DNA of 64,000 nt, taken from assembly GCF_003918875.1 (NCBI RefSeq), contig NW_025767546.1, positions 2,232,001 to 2,296,000 of the forward strand, read 5' to 3'. Source of the stretch: Haliotis rubra. Taxonomy: Eukaryota. The number at the start of each line of letters is the position of its first letter. Within the stretch, counting starts at the first letter, position 1. Shown in pieces: positions 31,833-46,165 of this stretch. The notes under the pieces were generated by a model. It did not search any database. It was not told the DNA's origin and was given only the letters and a program-made list of their open reading frames with translations. The translations under genes and the position numbers were made by a program.

Positions 31833-32989
31833 AGTGTTGTTGACTATACTATTTCTCATGGCCTCGGGGTGTAAAGACATATCTTCAGCCATTGTACACA
31901 TTTTGACTAACCGACCATCAACTGAACACGACCCTTCCTTTAAACCCTTTCAATTATAGTTGCCTCTCTCGTCTACAGTGGTCAAGGAACAACACGTGGT
32001 ATAAACTGAGCACCACAAAGGTTTCATTATGTTTGATTCCAAATCTTCTGACTCTTGGTCTAGATTTTCGAAAGCTCTCTTAGAGCTAAGATAGTCGTAA
32101 GTTAATGTTAATGTATGGCACTTACGACTATCTTAGCTCTAAGTCCCTGGTCAGAAAAGTTGATTCACGAAGTTTTGTAGCAAACCTTAGCTAAGTTTGT
32201 ATCTATAGATGAAACAGAGTTCACCACTGACAACCAGAAAATCAAAAAAGTGTCAAACTGTTAAAACATGTATCATTCCTTCTCGGGTTCCAAACAACAA
32301 TTACCTGAACACGATCCTTCCTTTAAACCCTTTCAATTATAGCTTCCTCTCTCGTCTACAATGGTCAAGGTATTAGCAAGGTTGTTGGTATTTAAATGCA
32401 GTTATTCTTAGAAATAAAATGAATCAAACATAAATAAAAAATGATACGTGGGTACGTGAATGTATGAGTAGGTATGTGTAGAATGAGGATGTAACGACGC
32501 ATTGATGAATCTTGTAGACTAAGGATGAGTGGTTCGATATGGTGTTTCGTTAGTTGAGTGAGTGAGTGATTGGGTGAGTGTGTTATATCACTTCATGTCA
32601 GATGGTTGTAAGAAAAGGTGGAAATGGAGTGATATACAGAGGATGTTTATCAGGGTAAATCTAGGATTCGACACCACGACAATCGAATTGTGGCGCGACT
32701 TAGAGATGTACAACCGCTGGCCACCAGTGCCCTCATAACATTTTGAAAAAGTCCAGGCTCCGAAGGTGCTTGTTTGGACTGTCAATGGAGACCGACGTTC
32801 GGGTTACCTAGCCCTTAAGTAGCCACAGACAGATCCCCTCCTTCATGAGACTGTAATGGAGACTAAATGCTACAATAGAGACTTGGAGTGATATAGTGAG
32901 GATAATAGTCACTATCCATTACAGACCGCTGAGCTCCTACTGCGGAGACGATAACATTGCTGCTATGTTGAGAGGATTAGAGTAATAGT

Positions 32990-33461
32990 AAAGAGAAGGA
33001 GGAGGAGGGAGAGAGAGAGAGAGATTGAGAGAGAGAGAAAGAAAGGCAGAGCGATCCAGAGAAAGAGAGCGAAAGAGGGAGAGAGAGGGAGAGTGAAAGA
33101 GAGAGAGAAAGAGCGAAAGAGAGAGAAAGAGATAGATAGATAGATAGAGAGAGTAAGAGAGCGAGAAAGAAAGAGAGAGACATATAGAGTGAGAGAGAGC
33201 AAGAGCAGAGAGAGAGAGAGAGAGCCAGAGAGCGAGAGACGAGACAGAGAGAAAGAGAGAGAGAAAAAAGAGAGAGACAATGAGAAAGAAAGGAAGAGAG
33301 AGCCAGAGAGAGAGAGAGTAAGAGAGCGAGAAAGAAAGAGAGAGACATATAGAGTGACAGAGAGCGAGAGACAGAGAGAGAGAGAGCCAGAGAGAGACAA
33401 TGAGAAAGAAAGGAAGAGAGAGCCAGAGAGAGAGTGAGAGAGAGAGAGAAAGAGAGAGCAT

Positions 33462-33497
<36 letters not shown>

Positions 33498-33535
33498 TGT
33501 GTGTGTGTGTGTGTTAGAGAGATAGAGAGAGCGGG
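32990..33535. repeat. GA-rich low-complexity/microsatellite tract
   Basis: Direct observation. Confidence 0.95.
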
Positions 33536-35907
33536 GGAGGAAGAATACGAGGTGTGGCAGAAACGTTCTGATACCAACTACAGTAAAAGACTGCTTAGAG
33601 TTAGCCATTGGCAACTTGCAAATGAAACGTGGAAGACAAGTCTCTATACTATAATGATCAAAGATCAGGAAACCTTCATCTGCCACCACTAAGGGCATGT
33701 CCAATCAAACGTTGTGAAACCTTTATGGTGCTCAGTTTACACCACGGGATGTTCTCAACTTCCTCATGAACGATGCACGATGGTGTGGCTGCATGACGTG
33801 TGAGTCGTCGACCATGCATGATCAGAGGCGTTGATTCACGAAGTTTTGTAGCAAACCGTAGGTAATTGTGTATCCATAGATGAAACAGAAATAAACACTG
33901 TCAACCAGAGAATCAAATACAGTCAAACTGTTAAAACATGTAATACTCCGTCTCGGACTCCAAAGGATTACCTCCCGAAAGGCCAGACCATTATGTTGAT
34001 CTGCGCGAACCTATAAAGACTAAACGCCCTGTACAACACCCTCAGTGTGCGTTGTGGACACACGCCATGCAAATACAGTGTAAATTTCCGCCAGTGTGAG
34101 TTGTTTAACAAGGACAGTTTATTTAGACACACACCATGGCTGCAATACACGAATACATATGTGTGTAACACAATGAACATTCTCCGTGTTCAGCAGGCTT
34201 GGCGCCATCATATTTCCACCTCTTTCCAAATTTAAAGAAAAATTATCGCAAAAGTTATAATGTCATGTCCGATGGGGAGGATCTCTTATCACCCCAGGAG
34301 GACATCCTCTACACCAGAGGAATCTAACCTCTCCAGCATCAGTAACAGAAGTGTGTGAATCTCGGAGAGGATTGGGTGAAAAATAATGAACAACCAACTC
34401 CATCAAGGCGGTCTATCACAGTTATGCTCAGAGCTTTTTTTTCAGCCGCTCTCTGTTATGTGAAAAGGACACACATATGTTTCATAAACTCAGGGCAAAA
34501 GAAACGCTACCATGTACTTCTCAACTCGCAAACAAAACAGCCACAAACAATACCACCTTTTATACAACCTTATATATCAAACAGTGTTTTAATCATAGTT
34601 GTGTACAAACATTATATTGAACACTCTTGCACTTACAGTTCTGTAGACTGGTGATGAATATGTATAATTATAGGATATGTATATAGCGCACATATCCATG
34701 CAACTACTACATGCTCAAGGCGCTTTTTTCCCCTCGACCATTGTATGTCAATCTCAACGACACATCGTATTATCAATCACAACTCCATACAACTCTTGCA
34801 GCCACTAGGCGCACCAAGTTATTGCGGCTTTCCCATACTTACGAGGTACCCATTCACAGCTGAATATGCTTTGGTGACGTTTCTTTTGCCCCTGAGTCTA
34901 TGTGTATACGTAATATCTATTGCAATATTTTCCAGATTGCCTTCTTATGTTCTTTGCATACGTATGTAAAGACTGTATCGACACGTACAGATTATGTACA
35001 TTGTGTTCACAACGGCTGACAGCGCGTCGCCATGATGTCGACAGCACACAACATGTCACCAATGGGCATTTGTACAGATTGGTTGTAACATATATTTGAC
35101 GAAAGAAAATATCACGCGTATAAAAGGGCATTGGTCTAGATATAGATAGTTCATGGCGAATCAATATCTTATACCCATACAATGCTGCGGTCCTTCATGG
35201 CAACCATAAGTCGTAACTAGTTAACGACCTGTGGTTAGCTTCAGTAATCAATATGCATATCTGGACCAGAGGTTCGGGAAAGCTTGCAGTACTTGCACTC
35301 TTGCCCTTTGGGGAAATACAGATCTTAGATAGCCAAGATTATTCATGATGAATCTATTTGAAATAATTTGCACGCAAAGAGTTCCATTAGAAAACCGGAA
35401 GTCTATTTATCTCCAGCGTCTTCTATCGGTCCCCCGTGTGCTTCTGGATCCAAGGGTTGCAGTAAGCGTCCTGGCTTATTGTATGGAACGAACTACTGGT
35501 GGATGGATGTCCTGTATATAGCAGGTCTGGTTCCACGGAGTTTCTGTGGATCTGGCTTTGTCCCTCTCAGAATCAACATGCTACAACCCATGGGCAATGG
35601 CGAATTGGGCGGGTTGGGTGTGGTTGGATTTTGATGACATTAACAACGTATGTTACCTTCCAACTTCTACATGCCCGTCAGGCATCTGATCTGATGACAT
35701 TCTGTAACATAGCCTACCATCAGGGATGATGATAAATATGATATGGCCTCTGTTACCATGACCGTGATACTATCTTCACTTGGTTGTTAACATCAAATTA
35801 AAAGTTGATATGATGGTCTGTTTGAGTTTAGGGGGTGGCCCTTGGATGATCTTTTCGTTCACATGAAGGATGGCCAAAGTGGTGGAACAAATCAACCCGA
35901 TTCCTAT

Positions 35908-35993
35908 TGATATGATATGATATGATATGATATGATATGATATGATATGATATGATATGATATGATATGATATGATATGATATGATATGATAT
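35908..35993. repeat. (GATAT)n microsatellite
   Basis: Direct observation. Confidence 0.95.
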
Positions 35994-36067
35994 TACACTG
36001 CAAAATCCTTTCCACATAGTAAGAATGCTCAGCTAAAAGTCGGTTCTACAAATCTGACTATATCATG

Positions 36068-36292
36068 ACCCATGAAGATCCGGGTAAGAAGTGATCTTCA
36101 GTAACCTATGCTTGTTGTAAGAGGTGACTAACGGGATCCGGTGGTCAGGCTCGCTGACTTGGTTGACACATGTCATCGTATCCCAAATGCTCATGCTGTT
36201 GATCACTGGATTGTCTGGTCCAGACTCGATTATTTACTCGATTATAGCTGTAATATTACTGAGTTCTGCGTAAAACTAAACTCACTCACTCA
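36068..36292 (+). mobile_element. Family A retroposon
   Basis: TSD CTGACTATATCATGA. Confidence 0.85.
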
Positions 36293-36459
36293 CTGACTAT
36301 ATCATGAGTACGTTTTTGTTTGAGTACAAATCATGGATCCTGGTCTTTAGCTTTCACCGGATTTTCTTTTACAAGCTCGATTAGAACTTTCCATCACTGA
36401 TTAGCTGGAAAGCAAGTGGCTGTGACATAAAAGAACATTCATTTTTCTTTATTTACGCA

Positions 36460-37495
36460 TTCATGTCATATCCTTAGCATCATATCAAGTGTTGACATGT
36501 TATGTGTCATGTCATACCCTTAGCATCATATCAAGTGTTGACATGTTATGTGTCATGTGACAGGTCATACCCTCAGCATCATATCAAGTGTTGACATGTT
36601 ATGTGTCATGTACCAACAGTGTCATACCCTCAGCATCATATCAAGTGTTGACATGTTATGTGTCATGTCATACCCTTAGCATCATATCAAGTGTTGACAT
36701 GTTATGTGTCATATGACATGTCATACCCTCTAGCATCATATCAAGTGTTGACATGTTATGTGTCATGTCATACCCTTAGCATCATATCAAGTGTTGACAT
36801 GTTATGTGTCATGTCATACCCTTAGCATCATATCAAGTGTTGACATGTTATGTGTCATGTCATACCCTTAGCATCATATCAAGTGTTGACATGTTATTTG
36901 TCATGTGACAGGTCATACCCTCAGCATCATATCAAGTGTTGATATGTTATGTGTCATGTCAGGTCATATAGTCATATGTTATGTGTCATGTCATCTTCAG
37001 CATCATATCAAGTGTTGACATGTTATGTGTCATGTCATACCCTCAGCATCATATCAAGTGTTGACATGTTATGTGTCATGTAACATGTCATATCCTAAGC
37101 ATCATATCAAGTGTTGACAGGTCATACCCTCAGCATCATATCAAGTGTTGATATGTTATGTGTCATGTGACATGTCATACCCTCAGCATCATATCAAGTG
37201 TTGACATGTTATGTGTCATGTCATACCCTCAGCATCATATCAAGTGTTTACATGCTATGTGTCATGTGACAGGTCATACCCTCAGCATCATATCAAGTGT
37301 TGATATGTTATGTGTCATGTAACAGGTCATACCCTCAGCATCATATCAAGTGTTGACATGCTATGTGTCATGTAACATGTCATACCCTCAGCGGCATATC
37401 AAGTGTTGACATGTTATGTGTCATGTAACATGTCATACCCTCAGCATCATATCAAGTGTTGGCATGTTATGTGCCATGTAACATGTCATACCCTG
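36460..37495. repeat. 46/53-bp minisatellite
   Basis: TCATACCCTYAGCATCATATCAAGTGTTGACATGTTATGTGTCATG, about 20 copies. Confidence 0.93.
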
Positions 37496-37579
37496 TAAAA
37501 TACTAGGTCAGAAGAAATGTGCATGTTGAAGTGTCAAGTGTTATTTATGTCAAGGTCCCCGTCTTGTCCCTGTTGACAG

Positions 37580-39050
37580 GCATGTTGAATGTCCTGTTGA
37601 GAGTCATGTTTAGAATCAGTTAGAGGGCCATGTTGAGGGTCATGTTGAGCGTCATATTGGGGGCATGTTGAATGTCCTGTTGACCGTCATGTTTAGAATC
37701 AGTTAGAGGGCCATGTTGAGGGTCATGTTGAGCGTCATATTGGGGGCATGTTGAATGTCCTGTTGAGAGTCATGTTTAGAATCAGTTAGAGGGCCATGTT
37801 GAGGGTCATGTTGAGCGTCATATTGGGGGCATGTTGAATGTCCTGTTGAGAGTCATGTTTAGAATCATTTAGAGGGCCATGCTGAGGGTCATGTTGAGCG
37901 TCATATTGGGGGCATGTTGAATGTCCTGTTGACCGTCATGTTTAGAATCAGTTAGAGGGCCATGTTGAGGGTCATGTTGAGCGTCATGTTGAGCTTCATG
38001 TTGAGAGTCATGTTGAATGTCCTGTTGAGAGTCATGTTTAGAATCATTTAGAGGGCCATGTTGAGGGTCATGTTGAGCGTCATATTGGGGGCATGTTGAA
38101 TGTCCTGTTGACCGTCATGTTTAGGGATGTTGAGGGTCAGTGTTGAGGTCAGTTGAGGGTCATGTTGATGTTTAGTCAGGGTATTGAGCGGGGTCATGTT
38201 GAATGTCCTGTTGACCGTCATGTTTAGAATCAGTTAGAGGGCCATGTTGAGGGCCATGTTGAGGGTCATGTTGAATGTCCTGTTGACCGTCATGCATGTT
38301 GAGAATCTGTTAGACCTGTTGGAGTCATGTTTAGAATCAGTTTGAGGGCCATGTTGAGGGTCATGTTGAGCGTCATATTGGGGGCATGTTGAATGTCCTG
38401 TTGACCGTCATGTTTAGAATCAGTTAGAGGGCCATGTTGAGGGTCATGTTGAGGGTCATGTTGAGCGTCATATTGGGGGCATGTTGAATGTCCTGTTGAG
38501 AGTCATGTTTAGAATCAGTTAGAGGGCCATGTTGAGGGTCATGTTGAGCGTCATATTGGGGGCATGTTGAATGTCCTGTTGAGAGTCATGTTTAGAATCA
38601 GTTAGAGGGCCATGTTGAGGGTCATGTTGAGCGTCATATTGGGGGCATGTTGAATGTCCTGTTGAGAGTCATGTTTAGAATCAGTTAGAGGGCCATGTTG
38701 AGGGTCATGTTGAGCGTCATATTGGGGGCATGTTGAATGTCCTGTTGAGAGTCATGTTTAGAATCAGTTAGAGGGCCATGTTGAGGGTCATGTTGAGCGT
38801 CATATTGGGGCATGTTGAATGTCCTGTTGAGAGTCATGTTTAGAATCAGTTAGAGGGCCATGTTGAGGGTCATGTTGAGCGTCATATTGGGGGCATGTTG
38901 AATGTCCTGTTGAGAGTCATGTTTACTACCATTTAGAGTGCCATGTTGAGGGTCATGTAGAGTGTCATGTTAAGTGTCATGTTGAGGTTAACGTTAAGTG
39001 TCATGTAGAAGGTCATGCTAAGTGTTATATAGTGTGTCATGACGAGCGTC
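37580..39050. repeat. 83-bp higher-order tandem repeat built from 12-bp subunits
   Basis: Unit starts at 37581, 37664, 37747; six 12-mers plus one 11-mer. Confidence 0.93.
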
Positions 39051-39079
39051 ACGTACACTGTCAAGCTGAGGCATGTAGA

Positions 39080-39321
39080 TTTGGTTGGTTGTTTAATGCC
39101 GCACTCATCAGCAATGTTGCTGCTATATCGCGGCGGCCTGTAAATATTCGAGTCTGGACCAGACAATCCATTGATCAATAGCATGAGCATCGATCTACGG
39201 TATTGGGATACGATGACATGTGTCAACCAAGTCATCGAGTCTAATCACCCGATCCCGTTAGTCGCCTCATACGACAAGCACGGGTTACTGAAGATCAATT
39301 CTAACCCGGATCTTCACGGGT
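39080..39321 (-). mobile_element. Family A retroposon
   Basis: Reverse-complement match. Confidence 0.8.
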
Positions 39322-40094
39322 GAGTCATGTAGACCCTCATACAGAGTGTCAGCACCGTGTCCCGATCGACACGTGTTCAGTGTCATAATCATCAAGTGGC
39401 ATGCCAAGTGTCATGACTTACTATTTCCCCTTATTGATCCAGCTGTAAATATGCTAAAGGCATCCCTCCCCTTTAACATCGTGAACATGATACGTAAATA
39501 CAGAGACGGCAGCCAAACATGTTCAATCGGGATTTTATTTCATTTCCCTAATTTCATTTCATTAACAAATCATCCATAAGTTACAACGACGCTACAGACT
39601 AATTCAAGAATACTCCTACGCGATTAATGACGGGTCGATTGGCGATTTGCTTGCCGCTGAATCACAAGAGAAGCCCTAAATAACATTACAGCGGCCGCTC
39701 GGATACAGGTTCATCGCCGTCCAGGTTCATTACGCCGACACAGAACAGTCAACTCCGAGTCACCGCGTAAACCGGTACAGTATGTACAGGCAGATGCAAT
39801 AGGTCGCTGTCTGGAGCTTAGAGAGGTTCAGTTATATTTGATCTGGTAGCAGCAGACGTGAGTGGTGATTGCGTAGGGCGGATATGGTGACGGCTCTGGG
39901 GTCATCGTTAAAGGCAATCCGAGAATGGTGTGCAGTGTTATTGTCAGTTTTAATGATCTTGTTTGACATGATGGTGCCCAATGTGATGGTAAGGGGAAGA
40001 AGAATGATAATGAGGGTACATGCAGCTCATCCATCCAAATATAGGTGTCGCTAGCTGCTCTTGTTGCATAATGTTACCTGAACAGAAGGTCGCT

Positions 40095-40290
40095 TGGTAT
40101 TTGTTGCCTAGCGACGCACTCAGCAATATTCCAGCTATATGGTGGTGGTATGGGTCAGACAATCCAGTGATTTTCATCATGAGCAACTGGGATATGATGA
40201 CATGTGTCAACCAAGTCGGCGACCCCGTTAGTCGCCTCTTGCAACAAGAATGGATTACTGATGACCAATTCTAACCCGGATCTTCACGGA
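40095..40290 (-). mobile_element. Family A retroposon, internally deleted
   Basis: Reverse-complement match. Confidence 0.7.
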
Positions 40291-41849
40291 CCATGGTGCT
40301 ATATTGTAGGTTGTCTACTTAGCACCACCACCCACGATGATGAGCATAAAACCTTGTATTCAAACCGGGATCCAGAACCCGTTGGATCCCAGAAGGTTAT
40401 CGATGTTGATATTGAGTGAGTGAAATGGTGAGTGAGCGAGCGATCTTAGGTCAAACCTAACCATCTCATTGCCTTAGGAGACATATTGCGTCTTATCTTT
40501 TTGTGGAAGAGATATAACTGCTCTTACAAGTCAAACACACTTTATACGTCACACATCACCCACCCTTCGCCGCCAGTGTTGCTTGACGTCATTCCACTCA
40601 TTGACTCACTCACTCACTCACCACTGACCTCATATTCAGCAGAATTTCGATCAGGTTCCCGATGTCCCATTAAGCGATGAAAGTAACCTGCGCATTATAG
40701 ATAATGTGCCTTTATTTGCACTATATAGGAAGAACGGGAAAGAAAGTGAGAAATTAAGATTCACAGCATCTTTCTTGTCGCGACTCAAACTGTTTTCAGC
40801 CGTTTACTCTCTCCTTGATGGAGTTAAGCTCACACTGACTCTCTATAAATGTGGAATAAATATTTCGTTTGATTTACGTACTTTCCACACTTTCAAATGA
40901 TGCTCGGAGATATGCGCAAGACGATTACAAGACTATCGGGAATTTATTCAGACAGAGCGTAGATAAATCACGCTGTGTCGCATTCACGAACCGTCACCTC
41001 AGAAGGATTGACGGGATGACCTTGACCTCTCTCTCTGTTTTATATCACTATGTAAATGAGTACATCTGCTCCGACCCCTCATCCGAGTTGGAGATTCATG
41101 AGGGCGTCCTTGATTAGCCCTGCAGTCTGTTAAGAAGGAAGATGTGCCGTTACACTTTACCCAGCTCAAGCAGATACAAAGGCAGATCGATCGCGGTTCA
41201 ATAGTAGGAGTCGTTTCCAATCAAGCTCATCCTCTGCCAATTCCCCAGAGATTGGTGTGTCGTGGTCTGTCTCTACGACTTACACTGGTTTTAGGGGAAT
41301 AGATAGAGTGTTTCGCCAACATGTAATGTGAAACGGCAACTGCATCGCCGTAACGGCTCTCACAGCGGTCATATTCACGCCATTACCACGGCCTGGTTTC
41401 CGGGCCACACAGGCGTTAAACTTGACAAGGGTGATGTACGTTCCATTTTCGGCTACCGGCTGTCGTAAAAACGACCTGAGACAGGTTTCCAATAAATCTG
41501 CATTATGCTGGTAATACGCTTGGCAGATGAACTTCGCAATTTTTTCAAGACATACAGATGTGTCTTTCACGAATACCGGATATCTTTAGTGCCAGATTCA
41601 CCTAAGCAATGGAAGCACAATAAAATGTAAATTGATTTACTCCTGATGACTCGACGGACGTTTCCAAGGATGTATTGCTGTTCGAGAAATAGGGGTCCAG
41701 TGTAGCCGACACGTCCAGTCGAGTCATCATGTTGTTAATCCCAGCTACCCGTCCAGTGTCCTCTGACAAGCTTTAGGTTAAAATACCTGAATATAAAAAT
41801 TCCACTTTCCTGCCCAATATCTAGATTCAGGCCAATTGCTCTCTTTTGC

Positions 41850-42063
41850 AGTCCTCCCTCGTAACAAATAGTGGACTTTGTCAAAATTTTAATGATAGTT
41901 TGTTAAACATTTTATTTTATTTTTAGGACATAAATTCTGCAAAAAAAAGCACAGAGTTGGTCTGGTGTTTTGATTATGATCAGTGTTTCATTGAGTAATA
42001 TATGTTTAGTAGTTTTCGAGTTGGCAATTCATCGGTCCGATTTTGAGCCAAACGGACTATAGT
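41850..42063. mobile_element. Partial relative of the 1663-2115 MITE (right end)
   Basis: Shares CCTCCCTCGTAACAAATAGTG and AATTCATCGGTCCG..CAAACGGACT. Confidence 0.6.
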
Positions 42064-42594
42064 GATAGATGACGAATGAGCAAATACCGTTATTTCAGAA
42101 CACAGTGCGATACGTCAAAGGCAAGAAAAATGTGTAGTTTGACCTTTACATTGATAAATCATATGAGAAGATTTGGTCACTTGATTCGTATCTTTTAATG
42201 TCAACAGCCTCGCCAGACTAAAGTTTCAGGGACCCCCACGCTTGATAAGGTCATAGACGCTTACGAAGGATGCTTAAAGACATGGGACTGCATTTAGGAA
42301 ACGTAGCTGTCACCAGATATTGTCACATGTAAGTCGATAACAAGTACGGCTTCAAACAAAACCTTTAACGTGATACTGCGTTTAAATGCCATTCACTAGG
42401 ACAGGATGCGTGGCTGTAAACTCGACAACAGGCAGGTCACTTGACATTTATCTAGAAATTTCCAATTTCCTTTGGTTATCCGTTTTGTATAATATCGGAC
42501 TGAGTTAATGAGACCGAGTTTCAAGCCAACAGCAGCAAAGAGCGTCCGGAGCATACCTTGTATTTGTAATCTCTGTGATCATTATGCTCCACTG

Positions 42595-42905
42595 GTCTTG
42601 GGTTCGAATCTCAGATTATTTTGGAATGTGATTCTCTTTCTGTCACCTGTCTCCTCAAGTCTTGAGCCTAACTTTGGTGTATTGGAAAACCCAAGTTAAG
42701 CTCAAGACTTGAGAAGACAGGTGACAGAAACAGAGTTATTGGGACCGAGGTTCAGCAACAAACAGTTTCCGAAGCTAACCTTGTATTGGTAATCTTTCTG
42801 TGTATTCATTCATGATCTTTCTGTCTTGGGTTCGAATCTCAGATTTGTTTGGATTATGATTATCTCTCTGTCACCTGTCTTCTCAAGTCTTGAACCTAAC
42901 TTTGG
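42595..42905. repeat. Direct-inverted-direct repeat cluster
   Basis: Palindrome at 42637-42730 plus a direct repeat of 42595-42677 at 42823-42905. Confidence 0.75.
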
Positions 42906-43287
42906 TTCTCCAACATTACGCAGATACCGTGAGTTACTGACGTACCGCTCAGAGCAACAAAAAGCTCACTTGTAATAAAAACATGTTTTTGGACACAATA
43001 ATTTTTCCATGAACGCTTCAAATACTTTTCCTTCAAAATCGTTTCTTTGGATCACCATCAAATTATTTTCATAACATCAAGCTTGTCTCATTTATGTTTT
43101 GGAGTTTGTGCCAAGAATTTTGGGGCAGAAAGTATTCTTTAAGTTTTAAGTACTTGATTCAAAATAATTAAATACCAGAGAGAGAAAATAACTAAAGCAA
43201 TTATTCAAGCAGAATTTCCATCCATGCCATCAAACAGTCGTCGCCTGAAAGTAGTATTACAAAATACTCACCAATTCCTCTACACAA

Positions 43288-43448
43288 CGGGGCGGTGGGG
43301 TAGTCTAGTGGTTAAAGCGTTCGCTCGTCACACCGAAGACCAGAGTTCGACTCCCCACATGGGTACAATGTGTGAAGCCCATTTCTGGTGTCCCCTGATA
43401 TTGCTGGAATATTGCTAAAAGCGGCGTAAAACTAATCTCACTCACTCA
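43288..43448 (+). mobile_element. tRNA-derived SINE family B
   Basis: A/B boxes and shared tail. Confidence 0.85.
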
Positions 43449-44245
43449 CCTCAGTACGACACATTTTCTAATCGAAATGCATCTCATACCATGCCATTTG
43501 TACATAAATACCTTTCATCAAGTTTATATGTTTAACGACCTTTGATACATGCACGCATTCACACCGCTTTAGTGTTTCATCATAGAGCTACGTCCATGCC
43601 AATCATTGTGTAAAAGAACAACATAATGCCATGTGTCGTTTTACTCATCGACAAAACAGGATACGGGTTTTGCAGATTGCTGCTGTACACTATTAACCTT
43701 AATCAAGTCAGGCGATCGGAGTTGTATCTCTTTGTGTCGATATTGGTTGCCCTTTTTGTCAGCTACAACGATTCTCATTTGCCGCCCTGTCTTCATTCGC
43801 TTCATCCATACGCTTCATCAACCAGCGGTGGATCCTCCATACTCTTCTAAGACATCACAGCTTCAGCAACCAAGAAAAGGACTTCGGGATGAGTGGCATA
43901 AGACACTGCCAAGTCGAGGAAACCTTTTAAATTTTTGTTTCATAGGTTACGTTTTGGCGATGTTAACAATTAGACTTGCAAAGCCGAGGTTGAGGAATCG
44001 ATAATCATTTGTGTCGTGATCCGAGATGTAATACCATGAGATGTAACTCAACAGTGATGAAGTTCAGAGTGCTGGGATCTGTGCTTAGGATCTGACTATC
44101 AATGTGACGTTTTAGAAATGTCGACTTGCTTGACAAACATTCGAGATATTAGAGTAAAGATTATGCAGCGTGTAATCCAGATTATTTAATCATACATGAG
44201 TCGAACTCTAAATGGGTCGCCATCTTTCATCTTTATAAGTTACTG

Positions 44246-44465
44246 AGTTTAGTTTTACGCCGCTATATGGCGGGAGGTGGTCGGCGAATAATCCAGTCTG
44301 GACCAGACAATCCAGTGATCAACAGCATGAGCATCGATCTACATAATTGGGATACGATGACATGTGTCAACCAATCCAGCGAGCCTGACCACCCAATCCC
44401 GTTTGTCCCCTCTTACGACAAGCATGGGTTACTGAAGATCAATTCTAACCCGGATCTTGACGGGT
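44246..44465 (-). mobile_element. Family A retroposon
   Basis: TSD TTATAAGTTACTGA. Confidence 0.85.
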
Positions 44466-44694
44466 CTTATAAGTTACTGACGTAATGTATTATGTATGCT
44501 ATTTTACGCCGCAATCAGCAATCTGATGGCGGTGTGTAAATAGTCTGATCCAGACAATCCAGTGATTGAAGTACCCGGAGTTTCACGGGTACAGACGAAA
44601 AGCTTGTGAACATCCGTTTTGACAGTTGATGTTACCGCACACTGAGGAGGCTGGATTCAGGCTGAGAGGTTTGTTGTGCACAGCTATTGTACGA

Positions 44695-45070
44695 CTCCAC
44701 ACACCAGTGACCTTTATAACAACGCTTGTGTCCTTGACCTGCCAACACACGACGGACACAGGTGACCTTCACCATTTGACACATGCGACATGTATACCAA
44801 CACACGTGAAGTCATCATTCGACAGACATACCAACTTCATCCTGAGACACATGCAACCGTCATCATTGGATCTACAAGCTTTCGATACACGTGACATCAT
44901 CGTTTGATATACGTAACGTTCGTCACAAGACACACTTTCATACGTGAACTCTTAACACCGATACGTGACCTTCAAAAATTAAGGTGAATGTATTCTGTCG
45001 ACCTTTCAACATCTGAGATAAAAACAGTGACCTTACGACCTATAGAGGTCACATACATTTGTGACCTTTA
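44695..45070. repeat. Highly degenerate minisatellite (ACACGTGACCTT-like motif)
   Basis: Recurrent GTGACCTT/ACACGTGA every ~23-27 bp. Confidence 0.5.
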
Positions 45071-46165
45071 AAGCAGCACGGGTATGTGGTCACTTCAACA
45101 CTGTCCATTGAATCTGGTTTCAGAAGAAACAATGCGTCTAAAAGTTCAAGTGTGTTTGGAACAGGTTCGTTGTTTATCTCGCCCAAACACACCCGCTGTC
45201 GTAGCTGCGTGGGCGCCAGTGGGGAATCAATACATCCCCGCAAGCAGTGTAAAACACAATATTAGCGTACTCTTTTAAACACATTACAAGTTTACAGAAA
45301 GCGTGGATAGCATTCATTAGGCACACGCGTTAGCAAGGCAGGTACCATTTGCTCCAGGGTTGCCTTCGCTGTTCAAACCAACTGCGGGTAATCTAATGGA
45401 CCTCCGCATAATATTTCTACCGCAATGCTGAAGTATTGTATGTATCCCCGTGGAACTGGCTTGAGATGATCTGGGCAGACAAGAGCCACTCGATGGCAAA
45501 TGCACCTACAGCAACACGGAAACCACTTGAGAATGGAGACATTGATCTCTTTTGTATGACCCCAACAAAACATTCTATTCCCATATACACACATCCTGTC
45601 ACAGCGGCCGAAGCATAGACTTAATGCAAGGGCCATGTTAGCTGGAATTGGCCAGGCTTTACGGACAATGTAATAAGTCTGGCTAGCCATTCAAAGGGTT
45701 AGTTGTTTAAACGAATTTTCGCAAATTATGTTTATAGTGCTTAGAATATGACAATGGTCTACGGGGGGTGGAAAGGTGTACATTTCATGTCTATTTACAT
45801 TAGAACATTTTACTGTTATTTTACCAATTTTGTAACATTCTGGCATTGTAGTACTTTTGTCTGGTCTTGTCTGGTCTGGTTCTCACCTTCGGATGTTTTT
45901 GTTCTCAAATACTGTAGACGAGTGAGAAAATGATTTTTAGACCATGGTCTGTTAGGGATCACCTAGGTTTTGATATAAGCGAGTCATATTTATTTATTTG
46001 TTTATTTGTTTGTTTGTTTGTTTGTTTGTTCGATCGTTTGTTCGATCGTTTGTTTTGTTAGCTGTTCCGAACTGTGTAAATACGATGGTCCAACAACGAC
46101 ATCAGGTTGTGCATAGTTCTAATACGCCTGACAATTCTGACAATCACCTACTTACTTACATTTGT

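Noticed and set aside
32937-33704. Long Leu/Ser or Arg/Glu ORFs
   Set aside because: They are translations of a GA microsatellite.
41636-41730. Hammerhead ribozyme (CTGATGA..TCGA GAAA..GTC)
   Set aside because: The stem II closing pair and stem I are mismatched; it is better explained as a small inverted repeat (GATGACTCGAC.GGACGT / ACGTCC.GTCGAGTCATC).
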